A stretch of 63,634 nucleotides of DNA, the filler included, from Hausera hauseri (lineage: Eukaryota), in NCBI GenBank assembly GCA_046269625.1. It is 12 parts of 12 records of this genome, joined end to end, with 100 filler letters (N's around TTAATTAATTAA, not from the genome) between each part and the next. Parts side by side here need not be neighbours in the genome. Positions count along the whole stretch, not along the records: positions 35,520 to 42,336 come from JBJURY010062773.1; positions 42,437 to 46,882 come from JBJURY010577672.1; positions 46,983 to 51,041 come from JBJURY010787868.1; 9 more parts are not named here. One strand, given 5' to 3'. Under the pieces are notes generated by a model. The model searched no databases, was not told where the DNA came from, and saw nothing but the letters and a program-made list of their open reading frames with translations. Every line of letters starts with the position of its first letter. Positions within the stretch are counted from its first letter, which is position 1. The translations under genes and the position numbers were made by a program. This document shows positions 37,231-48,199 of this stretch, in pieces.

Positions 37231-39407
37231 CTGGCAACTAATGTACATTCTTCACTTATACTTCCATATGTATCATGTTGTGTGGAAGTGTGGGGTTCCA
37301 CATACAAAACAACAATAAATGATATAGTTCTTTTACAAAAATGAACCATATGTGTTATTAATAAGTCTGGTTACTATGAACATACAAGTCCACTGTTTAT
37401 TACATCTGGTATCATGAAATTCTAGGACTTGGTTCACTACAAAATAATGCAACTAATGTATAAAGCAAAATCAGGTGTGTTGCCTGTTGGGGGGCAAAGA
37501 TTTTTTTTATATTATATGAATCTTGGTATGATCTGTGACATGGTATTAAATTTATAAAATGACATGCTAAAAAAGGAATAAAAAGGTCTTTTTCTAATTA
37601 AATTGTGGAATGATGCAAGCATGAACTTATGAGAATGTAGTTCATTATGGGTTCTCAAAAAAATTCTAAAAAAATATATGTTTGATGATTATATGGGGTA
37701 GTTAAGTTTAATTGGTATAAATAATAACAGGTATAAATATGAGCCTTGTGCTTCCGCCTGCACCTTTTCAGTCAAACTGTTTACATTTTTGTAATGTTTG
37801 ATTTGTTGCTGAACAATTTGATCAATGACTGAATAAATAATAATCAATCAAATCAATCTATAAAGGTAATTATTTAATATGTCTCCTGCTGATTTTTATC
37901 AGAATACCACAGATGTATATTTTGGTATGTTTTGGTCATATTAAGATATTTTCAGCCTAAAAATCCCAACATTAACTACTTTAATGCTCCACTCAAATAC
38001 AGAATATTGCTAATGTGGGTGACTTTACTCAGATGAAATAAACAGTCCTAGAAACATGTTTGTGCAAGTTAAAGAACATCTTGATCAACAATAACTCCAA
38101 GGTTTCCCCACACTATTACTCGAGTCCAAGGTAACACAGCATCCAGAGCAAAGTGCTTTCAGTCTCTAGGGGAGAGTGCCAGACAGCGTGTCCATTATCA
38201 GGGATTAATGGATAACTGTTTTCTCTTTGCTGTCCATTAATGCCAGATTACAGACACCTCAGAGGACATTATCACGAGTATACAGATAAATATAGTTCTT
38301 AAAGAACCATATCTCAGCTTGGAGGTAGGTGGAGGGTTTCCTCCTTCTCTCCCCCCTTTGCCCAACTGGCCCAATTTGGATGGTTTTATTTTTACAACTA
38401 AAGAAATTTATTCATGTATTTATTTATTTAATTTCATATATTTTAAAATATTTACAGATTTTATTCATTTTATTTCTGTGGACTATAGTTTTGTGTTCAT
38501 TTTGTACTTTTTCCCTTTTCCTGATTTTTCCTATCGATTCCCACTGTTATTATTATGTAGTTATTTTCTATGTTTGTTTTCCTGTTTGTGTTGCTTGTCA
38601 GAGTTTGACACTTACCTGTTCCTCTTTTGTCAAACAGCATATACTCCCTGTATATCAGCTGTTACTCAGTCGCCGTGTGTGATCACCTGTTTTGGTGGGT
38701 GCTCTGTCTGTTCGGGGTTTTTCCCTTCTCTTGTGCTGTTAGTTTTTTCACAATAAACCCCAGGACCTGGAAATGTTTCGACTCACATCCTGACTTTGTG
38801 AAAGACCCACTGTGGCTTTGCTTCATGAGCTGTAGGGAACAACAAAAAAAGAAAGAAAAGAGAGAAAACATGAGGGTTCTTTAGAGAGTGAGTTCAGGGG
38901 TTGAGGGAACCCTGCTGTGTCACCTAACCTCAAATGCTGCTTTAGGCAGTGCAAGACCCCTTGAGTCATTGTGCTGTTTTAGGAAATGGTGCCATTATAA
39001 TCACCACTGTCTGGAATGGGGAAGGAATAAGAGGATGTAGAGGCCAAATAAAAACAACTAGCTGACCTTGATGGAGCTCATTAGCATAAATCAACCCTGT
39101 TGACTGTATGAACTATGTTGGTGGGGATGGTGACTGAATGTTTACTGCAGCTCTGTGTGCAATTTATATGCTTTATAAACCAGAAGGAGCTAAATTTCAA
39201 AGTGTAATTTATAGTTTCTGATAAGAATTTTTCCACACTGAAAAACCCATCAGCTGTAGAAGAGCATATCTTTCAGGTCACGTTTCTTTTTTAATTTCTC
39301 ATACTTTTTCATTAGGCACTTTTTAAAATCACACAAAAAGTACCACTGTCAAAACATGAGCATACAGCAACAAACAGGGATCCAACCAGCAGAGCTTGAC
39401 TAAAAGT

Positions 39408-39734
39408 TGTGAGGTTGTGGTGGAATGACCCTGAGCGCAGGCAAACTCCAAAAATAAACGGTTTATTAAACAAAAGAAGGCTGTCGTGGCAGCAAAACTC
39501 TAAATCTCAGGGAACAAGGAGTACAACCACACTGACTGATGAGACAGTACAATGATCCGACGCAGACTGAGGACAAGACACCAAAGATAAAGGGCAACTA
39601 ATTAGGGACAATGAACACCTGGGGAAGACACAAGAGGAATCAGGTGAGTATGGGCGGGGCTGGAGCAGGGCCGAGATACACAGGGGAACACAGAAACACC
39701 AGAAAACAGAGAAAAAAGAACACAGACCATGACA
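39408..39734 (-). mobile_element. Solo LTR with 5-bp target-site duplication
   Basis: Minus strand TGTCATGG...CCTCACA with AATAAA near its 3' end; flanked by AAAGT at 39403-39407 and 39735-39739. Confidence 0.85.
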
Positions 39735-40292
39735 AAAGTGGGCGGAACACCAAATTTAACATAGCCTGTACTATGCTTTATTAAAAAAACAGAAGTAGTT
39801 TTATGCTGAACCTGGTGTTCATATCTGTGTCTGTCAAAGTCTACAGCTTCTCACTCACCAAACAACAGCTGCAGAAACCTACAGGATGAAGAAGGTTTTC
39901 TGAAAATAAAACATCATTTTTAATACCTTTAAAAAATTAATATGAAAACAAAAATATGTGCATAGCAAGTTAAGAATCCTTGAATTTACAATGAAAAATG
40001 AGAAAAGTTGAAACCTCTTACATGAAATAATTTAGATCATTTTTATAGATTTTTTTCTGCCAAACAACTTTCAGGCCTAGTTTTTTGATGAATGTTATAA
40101 ACTCCAAATTCTAAAGGATTATGTATGGTGGTTTGTGGGGTTGGAAAAGTATTTGCTGGACATTAGATCACAGATATGCAAGTGGTGGTCTGTAAAGTGT
40201 TTTTTAAAGTTTTTTTTGGTGAGGTAGACTATCTGTTCTCAAAATTTCAAGGCAAACCTTTGGGTTTAGTCTGGTTAGTACGGAGCCCACCA

Positions 40293-41798
40293 AGGGTCAG
40301 GGGGAGAAAAAAAAAACAGCCGGTGGAAATCTGTGCGCTCGGATTACTAAACCGTGCGCACAGATTACAAAACTGTGCGAACAGATTACTAAACCGTGCA
40401 CACAGATTACTAAACCGTGCGAACAGATTACTAAACCGTGCGCACAGATTACTAAACCGTGCGCACGGATTACTAAACCGTGCGCACGGATTACTAAACT
40501 GTGCGCTCAGATTATTAAACCGTGCGCACAGATTGTTGACATCTGGAGAAGTTAGATGGTAACCATGGGTGTTTGTGGGAACTGTGTTGTTCATCAGCTC
40601 AGAAGTGCGTAATGGAGCGGTTTTTGTTCACTGAAGTCAAAATACAGCACAAAAAGGGTTTGAATTTGAGTATGTTCTACAGTTTTTGCCCCTCTGTCAG
40701 ACAGTTTTGGAACAGGGTCCCCTCCGATCGGATCATCACAGGAAGCCGCTCCGAGCCTTTCGGAGTCCGTGGTAACCGGACTCCGGACTTTGTTTCCCGG
40801 CAACGAGGAAGTTTTGCTAATGTTATCAATTTGTCTTCTCAGGCTTATATCACAAAATGACTGAATAACTTCATTTGGAACTTTTAGGAAATGTTTATTA
40901 CTCTTTCAAAAATGTTTATTGCACCACAGAGAACAGTTGAATAAAGTTTGAAACATTTCAGAGAACAAGGCTCCTGTTATTCTGCAGACGAAGCGCCACA
41001 CGGGGACATTTCTCAGCAGCATGCCGCTCGGAGGTGTTCTCCAGCGGTTCTCAGATGTTTATTCTATTTCATAAACAACAGATGGGGGGACGGGAGGGCG
41101 GAGGAGGCTAACATCGGTTGCAGGAATCATTTGCCTGTAAAATATGAAATGAAATAAATCACCACCTCAGATTTTGATAAAACTTTCAGGGAAATTCTGT
41201 GGCCAATAACATCAATTTAATGGACTGGCAAGGGAAAAATGATCAAGTAAATGATCGACATTTTAAAAGTTTTATATCAGTGTAACAGCCTAAATATAGT
41301 CATATGGTCATATTGTATAGTGTGCTGATGAAAGCAGTGCTTTAAGTTTCTATATGACAACAGATCCACTGAATTTACCTTGCTGGTGCGCGCGCCGCAC
41401 CATGATCCAACCTCTCGACAGATCAAAGCAATCTGCGCTCCTGGATTGCTGCAACTGAGAGCACGGTTTAGTAATCTGTCCGCACGGTTTAGTAATCTGT
41501 GCGCACGGTTTAGTAATCTGTGCGCATGGTTTAGTAATCTGTTTGCACAGTTTAGTAATCTGTGCGCACGGTTTAGTAATCTGTGCGCACAGTTTAGTAA
41601 TCTGTGCACACGGTTTAGTAATCTGTGCGCACAGTTTAGTAATCTGTCCGCACGGTTTAGTAATCTGTGCGCACGGTTTAGTAATCTGTGCGCATGGTTT
41701 AGTAATTCATGCACACGGGTTTTAGAAACTGAGGGCACGGTTTATTAATCCGTTTGCACAGATGTCAACGGGCTGATTTTTTTTTCACCCGCTGACTC
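40293..41798. mobile_element. Non-autonomous foldback-type DNA transposon; long TIRs built of 21-bp tandem repeats
   Basis: (CCGTGCGCACAGATTACTAAA)n at ~40330-40535 and inverted at ~41460-41760; outer ends AGGGTCAGGGGGAGAAAA and, on the reverse complement, AGAGTCAGCGGGTGAAAA. Confidence 0.85.
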
Positions 41799-42077
41799 TT
41801 CTGTACAATCCTGAATCAGATTGACTCCAAATATATTCAGCTGTGTATGCATATTGAATGATCAGTCCAGCGGTTCATATGATATTTTGCTAACAGACCG
41901 ACCAAGTGATTTTAATAGTACTTATAAAAGGTTTAGAAATATTCAATGTGACATATTAGGACTCAGAATATATGATGAGGATGACTAATTTTATTTCAAT
42001 ATCTGGAGATTCCTTTTTAGCAACGATTTATGTTGACTAACAATATTTTTTTTGATGAACGGAAACTGAAACTCCAG

Positions 42078-42336
42078 AAACGCTGAAGACTACAAAAGAT
42101 CTAGATATAACCTGTGTAGATCTATAAGACAGGCTAAGAGACAATACAGGCTAAAGCTGGAGCGCTACTACACCACCGCAGACCCCCGGGATATATGGCA
42201 AGGACTGCAGCACATCACCAACTACCAACAGAGGAACAGGGTAGTAACAACCATCCACTCTACAATACCTGATGAACCAGAATCAGTTTTATGCTCGCTT
42301 CAAGGCCCTCAACCCTGGCCAACTGAAAGAAGTTGC
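42078..42336 (+). mobile_element. Rex1/Babar LINE ORF2 fragment
   Basis: RYNLCRSIRQAKRQYRLKLE..DPRDIWQGLQHITNY..PDE..NQFYARF. Confidence 0.85.
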
Positions 42337-42789
42337 NNNNNNNNNNNNNNNNNNNNNNNNNNNNNNNNNNNNNNNNNNNNTTAATTAATTAANNNNNNNN
42401 NNNNNNNNNNNNNNNNNNNNNNNNNNNNNNNNNNNNCGTTTATTTACGGTGCTATATTCTCCCGCTGAAGCATTAAGCAAACACACAGAAGTCTGTGTCT
42501 TTCATCATCTGAGCGAAACTATTCTCTCCTTGTTGCAATTAGCTTGTTTTCAAACGGAAAAGAAAAGCAAGATCAAGCAGGAGACCCAACAGACGAGCTG
42601 TGCATGGCGTGCAGCAATTATGCTCAACTTTCAAGAATAGTCTGTGTATCATTTATGCTATCACAACAAAGAGAAACATTTTTACTTTCAATCTTCTCAA
42701 ACCACTCTTGCATATTTATAATGCCATCTCCCACGTCTTACATTTGGCTTCTTTTTTATCTCGCCCTAAAACATGAATATTCAAAGCAG

Positions 42790-42990
42790 CTGGAGAAAAA
42801 GTCCAAAAAAATCACTAACAGAACATCATTTACAAACGATCAAATTTTATTACTTGAAAAAGAATTCGAAAGAACTCACTATCCTGATGTATTTTATCAA
42901 TAAAAATTATCTCCAAAGCTAAAAGTTATAGAAACACGAATCCAAGTTTGGTTTTCGAACTGGAGAGCAAAATGGGGAAGAGAAGAAACA
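42790..42990 (+). pseudogene. Pax6: Pax6-type homeobox, intronless, with premature stop
   Basis: [56 protein letters not shown]; Ser50; stop at 42901-42903. Confidence 0.85.
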
Positions 42991-43197
42991 TCCGACGAAA
43001 ACACAACACCAAATGTCACTATCCGATCAGATCTCCTGATAATTATCGAACTGTGATCACTGATTCAAGAGTTGCATAATGAAAATATAAGAAAAGTTAA
43101 TAACAATTTCGTCTCCAATTGTTTTCTGGCGGCTTTATGCGTTTCTTGGAGGCACTGGATTTATGTTGTTGGAAGGTGTAGAATTTGATGAATTAGA

Positions 43198-44400
43198 TCA
43201 GTTAAAGAATGTGCAACCTGTAACGCAGTTCTGTGCTTTAGAATTGAATTTATTTTGGTAAATTCAGATAATATAGGATCTTTTGAAATGGGGAGCATAA
43301 AATCTGCAACCTAAGCAGCATATAGTCGAGTTGTTTTTGAATTTGGTGTGGTAGTAACACACCAATGATCGTGTAGGTGACCTTGCATGCCTTGAATTTT
43401 GAGACAAAGTGCTGCTATGGTTCTCATCAAAACGATTTCGTCTAGGCATGGTCAAAGCTTCGATTTTTGACGTGGGTGCAGAAATTGCTTGATATATGTT
43501 GGCGTTTTTGGAACGTAAAGAATTAGCTATATCGCTAGCTTGTTGAGTTGTTGGTGCTTGTAACATAGCGGCTACTAATGGGGCCGTATGTGCATGTAAT
43601 ATCTGTGGCTTTTGTCAGCCAATTGTGCTAGTTTTTGTAGTGATCATGTGCACTCTACTATGGTTAGCAGCGCACGTATGTCTCTGGGTAAAGACAGCAG
43701 AAAATATCTGCGTAGTAAATCGGCGTTGTTTGCTTGATTAACGCCTAGAGTACTCAATTGAGTTAATGAGGTCTAAAGAAATTCTGAGGGTTTCAATGTG
43801 CCTATGGTGTTGTCATTAAAATATTTGTGGATAATGTTATCCAGAGATGGTTCCGTGATTTTCAAAATTGAGCTAAAAAGTGTTTCATATGGGTCACTGC
43901 TTTGGAAAATTTCCGATAAGTTGGGAAGCTGCGACTTAATGTTGGAAGGCAGAAGTATAAGCAAGCTGTTTGCTTTAAGAAACGAGTCGACAATATTATT
44001 TGATTTCAACCAAGCCGCATGAAAGTCCAACCACGTCCGGCTAGAGTGTTCCTTGTAGACGAAGTATTCTACTCAAGGTAGATTTACAGTAGACGACGGA
44101 GGTAGAGGTGAATTTAACGGTACACTTTTAGTAGGAATATCGGCAAAGTCCTGTTGGTCGTTAGATGAGGCTTTTGGATCAGATTCACCTGGCAGACGGT
44201 AGTGTACGGTGAGTATAGGTGTTGAAGATGAGTGGGTGTAACTTGTTAGTGTCGGATTGTCGGAGAAAACTTCCATTATAACTAAGGCGGAAATTAGCGA
44301 GGGTTGTTTGTCGTTGTAACACATCAGACACTGTTGCAATTGTTGTTGATTTGTGTATGTAGTAGGTCTGTGTATGCTTGTTTCGAATAAAAAGACAAGT
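43198..44400 (-). mobile_element. Ubiquitin-like domain-Gag fusion (copy D), pol absent
   Basis: CLFIRNKHTQTYYIHKSTTIATV..FRLSYNGSFL, frameshift, then ILTVHYRLPGE (GGT GAA at 44184-44189); Gag SSRTWLDFHAAWLKSN; two CHCC knuckles. Confidence 0.85.
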
Positions 44401-44798
44401 GGGACAAAATTGCCACATAAGTGGGTGTGCAGTGTGGTGCATAAGACAGCGGCGCGCCCAAAATCCCTGCGATGTAACAGTCGATTTGCGCGACCTGAGT
44501 GGTAAACACTAGAAAAGGCGTCCTGTTTGGTTGATGTTTGACGTCTGTTTCCTGTAAACTTTGTAAATGTCTTTCCATAAATTCCTTCTGCATCGACTCA
44601 GCCAGCATGTCTCCAACCGACGATGTAGTACTGGGATGTTTACCACTGGCATTAAGGTAATTCTGGAGAAATTGTGAACTGTTCTCAAAATAAAAGGCAA
44701 TCAATTCTTCGGATAAAATTATGTTAATAATTTAGTAGATTCATTAACATATGTATAAGAAATATGAAAAATTCACTGACCTTTTTTATGTATACCTT

Positions 44799-45560
44799 TT
44801 AATCATCTGAGACTCCAATGATAGACTCCGATAACGGTTGACATAATAATGCATGGTAATTGATGAAATCAGAAAAATCATCCCACAATAAGAACGTTGT
44901 ACTGACGGCGCTTTTATAGACTATTTGAATAAGTTTTTGTAGGTGGAGATTATCGAGATACGGATGTAGAAATGAGAATAGATCACAAAGTAATTGCTTG
45001 TAGAACTCCTGTGTGTATTCCATTGTTATATTATAGAGCATTTTGGAAATGAACTATCGATGGGAAATGAGTTCTAATCATGAGAATACGAATGATGGAG
45101 CACATTTTAGTCTGATGACATTACAGTTATTTGAAAATGCAGTCAGAGCATGATATTGGAACTCTACCATTTGTTCTTCATCATCAAGATGCTGTCTATG
45201 ACATTTATAAATGAGACTACATACTAACATTGCATAAACATCAATTTCCAGATATCCGGCACTACGATTTACTATGAGTAATGATTTCAATTGTTTATGT
45301 GCTCGATCAAGAACGTACATTGATACTAATCGTAGGAATCTCACAAAGACCTCATCATTATGGGTAAGTTGATGTTGCGTCATAGTGTTGACAACATTTT
45401 GTACGGCAACATTTCGTTGATTACTTGAGAAATTACTCTCCATTCATAGACGCAACATAATTTCGGCCTCCTCTGCCATTGATGGTGGCTCATCAAATCC
45501 CCGTGACGAACTAATTCCATTGTACAAATAAATTGATGACGGCGATCTCTTCGGACAACG
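44799..45560 (-). pseudogene. CNOT1: CCR4-NOT subunit 1 C-terminal domain fragment with internal deletion
   Basis: Three same-frame ORFs: FDEPPSMAEEAEIMLRL*, DEVFVRFLRL, ALTAFSN..CAPSFVFS*LELISHR*FISKML, YKQLLCDLFSFLHPYL..DFSDFINYH. These match CNOT1 DPPGLREKAEYLLREW, APGFVYAWLELISHR and QLLIDLFKYLAPFL. Confidence 0.85.
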
Positions 45561-45600
45561 ATTACATAAATGCGTTGGAGCATTTATTCGACAAAGCATA

Positions 45601-46882
45601 CTCCAGAGTATTTTTAATAAGATGCTCAAGAGCCTCGTGATTTCTGTGATTAAAATGTGCCAACATCTCATTAACTGCTCCTGAAACAGTGTCGCATTTC
45701 CTTTATTTTCTTTTTAGAATGACTACCGTGGTTTCCTGCGTGAAGTTTTGAATGTTGTGAAGAGTTTGTTTAATAGGGAGAGCATTAGGAGTTTCTGTCT
45801 TTTCCTCAGCTTCCTCAAATGCATCGTCAGGATTCATGATTTCATCCTCTTCGCCACACATATTTATTAGTTCATTCACGGATTTTTCGACATTATGTGA
45901 TTTTGTCTGGAGTATTTTTGCAGTCTTGATACACAGTTCCTGAGTGCGATCTACGAATTCATCAACTGCCACCGGGATATAATTGGGCAATTCTCATAAT
46001 TGCACATTACTAAGGTCTTCAAGAACCAAACCAATACGATACGTTCTGAGATCCCTGACGCGATCAAGGAGTAATTCCATTTTCGTCAGACCTGCATACA
46101 CAGAATTTGTGTATTCTTGTAATTTCGTGCTTGTCCAGTTATTCGTAGTAAGACCCGGCTTGATTATTCTTTTCAGTTTGTTCATCTTCAGTACCATAAG
46201 TGTTTCGTATTCGGGTGGAATGCTATTGATCACATATTTGATATGGTCCACCATTAACGTCAATTTATTGTGAAAATCTTTTAATGCTGTCTGTTTAAGT
46301 TTCAGATTTATGGCTGCAGGGGAAATATCCATATTTAGTTTAATCATAAGATCTGTCTCTCTGGCCAGCGTTAAAATATCGGGATCAAATATGACAAAAA
46401 GTTATTTTGTCTCCGGATGACGCACGATCAAAGATGACTTAAGACCGGCATGAGTTGCATTTACTTGACGGACCCAAGCTTCATGGTATACAAGCTCAAA
46501 CGTCATTAATGTTTCCGCAAGTTTGTTGTAGTTCTTTACAATTAATCGACCTTCCGTGATTTGCAACATTGCTGAATGTTCTCGATTGAATAATTTCATT
46601 GGTTCTTCAATACATCTAAACAAATGTCGTACCCATGCAATTTTGCCGGCGATTGGTGGATCATCTTTCTGTCGTGTATAATGTTTCATTAACGAATCAA
46701 GGTCACGTTTGTAATGGTTCATTATCTTCATATATTTATCTTCAATTCCCAGATCTGGTATATTTAGCTTTTCAAACCATCTCAACATCTGAAGAGCTCG
46801 TGTTGTGTTGTTTACCCGATCAAATATTCCATCCATAAACGCTATAATGCTATTATGAATGTCTTGAATCTGTCGAGTAAAA
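45601..46882 (-). pseudogene. DNAH5: Axonemal outer-arm dynein heavy chain (DNAH5/DNAH8-type) tail fragment
   Basis: Same-frame ORFs with 3 stops: FEKLNIPDLGIEDKY, PPIAGKIAWVRHLF, YNKLAETLMTFELVYHEAW, VRHPET, PGLTTNNWTS, LLDRVRDL, HFNHRNHEAL..NTLE. About 7 aa are deleted between two PP motifs. Confidence 0.88.
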
Positions 46883-47384
46883 NNNNNNNNNNNNNNNNNN
46901 NNNNNNNNNNNNNNNNNNNNNNNNNNTTAATTAATTAANNNNNNNNNNNNNNNNNNNNNNNNNNNNNNNNNNNNNNNNNNNNATGGAACGAAAACAAAGC
47001 TCATTACAGGACTAACTTTCTTTGATTGCGTATTTATTAATGTTGAATAAAATTTTATGTCTTCTGTGTTCTTAGTTGTAAAAAAATAACAAGTCACTGA
47101 ATACCAAATTTATTACAAAAATCATTGTCGATATTTAGAAAAGTCAATAATAACATTGCTTAGCTGATTCTAGGTATTTTGCAATTCTTCCGTCATTCTG
47201 AGTATTTTGTCTACCATCGGAGTAACCTGAATTAGTCTAGTTCGTATAAACTCCAACAGCATCTCTGGTGCAATATATGCAATATCATCTTGTTTCAAAT
47301 GTATCAAGGAAAACAGTAGCATTCGCAATTTCAAGTTTTCTGAACCATTCGCCTGGGACTTTTTTTTCATAATTGACATTTTAA

Positions 47385-47793
47385 CATGGGTATTTATACC
47401 AAAAATGCGGAAATATGGGTACCCTGGTGGGGGAGTAAATTTTTTCCCCGAGGAGGTCCATTTTTCTTCCGAGGGGCCAATTTTCTCACGAGGGGGTCCA
47501 TTTTGAATGGGGCATTTGTTCTAGAGCCCTTGTTCCGGAGTGGGAATAGTGGAACCCTAATGAGACCACAATTCCTTTGTTCTGGGATGGGAATAGTGAA
47601 ACCGTACTGAGGCCAAAATTCCTTTGTTCCACCGGAGGGGTCTACCGAATACTGCTCTGATTGGTCAATTCCCCTTATCCCCCCCGATGGTGTGGCGCTC
47701 TCCCATTGGCCAGTTTCCCTTACCCCGATGACGTGTCCATCTCTGATTGGCTGAATCCTGGGGGTTGGCCTCATGTCCTCATATCTATCTACT
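47385..47793 (-). mobile_element. GC-rich insert resembling a Polinton-like terminus, flanked by a direct repeat
   Basis: Minus strand starts AGTAGATAG; three ATTGG (CCAAT) boxes and TGACGT; TGACATTTTAA at 47374-47384 and 47793-47803. Confidence 0.45.
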
Positions 47794-48199
47794 GACATTT
47801 TAAAAGAAATTGCTTCACAAAATTAAATGACCAGAAGTTTTGGTCAGCAAAAATGTCGGAAAACGGATTCAGAATATATGTTTATCTGGGGCTGCTCGTT
47901 TCCCACCATTATTCGTCTTCCATGAGTATTGCTGTGTTAAGTGAGAAGGTGATAACATATAAGAAACTTTGTGTTTTAAATATAGAAGTATCTGGCATTC
48001 AGTTTTAACTTTTTGACTGTGTTTTTGCACATTCGCTTCCCGTACAGTGTTTACTTGGTATGGATTTCGTTTGGGCGGTAGGAGGAATATCTGTCTGTTG
48101 TTGCAACGATCAATAGTCCAATAAATAAAAAGATGTGTTCTTAGAAATGTAAAAAATCTAAACATCATCTTTCGGTCAATCCTTGAATTACTTAACAAT

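Noticed and set aside
38319-38884. Hydrophobic ORFs as membrane proteins
   Set aside because: T-rich low-complexity sequence, open in several frames within the fish-like non-coding region.
40176-41748. LLNRAHR/FSNLCAR repeat ORFs, or a CRISPR-like array
   Set aside because: These are translations of a 21-bp minisatellite in TIRs, with no unique spacers and a eukaryotic context.
45078-45446. TGA at conserved Trp positions (CNOT1, pPolB, LTR pol), suggesting TGA=Trp recoding
   Set aside because: TGG is used at other conserved Trp sites, and TAA/TAG stops and frameshifts co-occur. Ordinary pseudogene transitions explain it.
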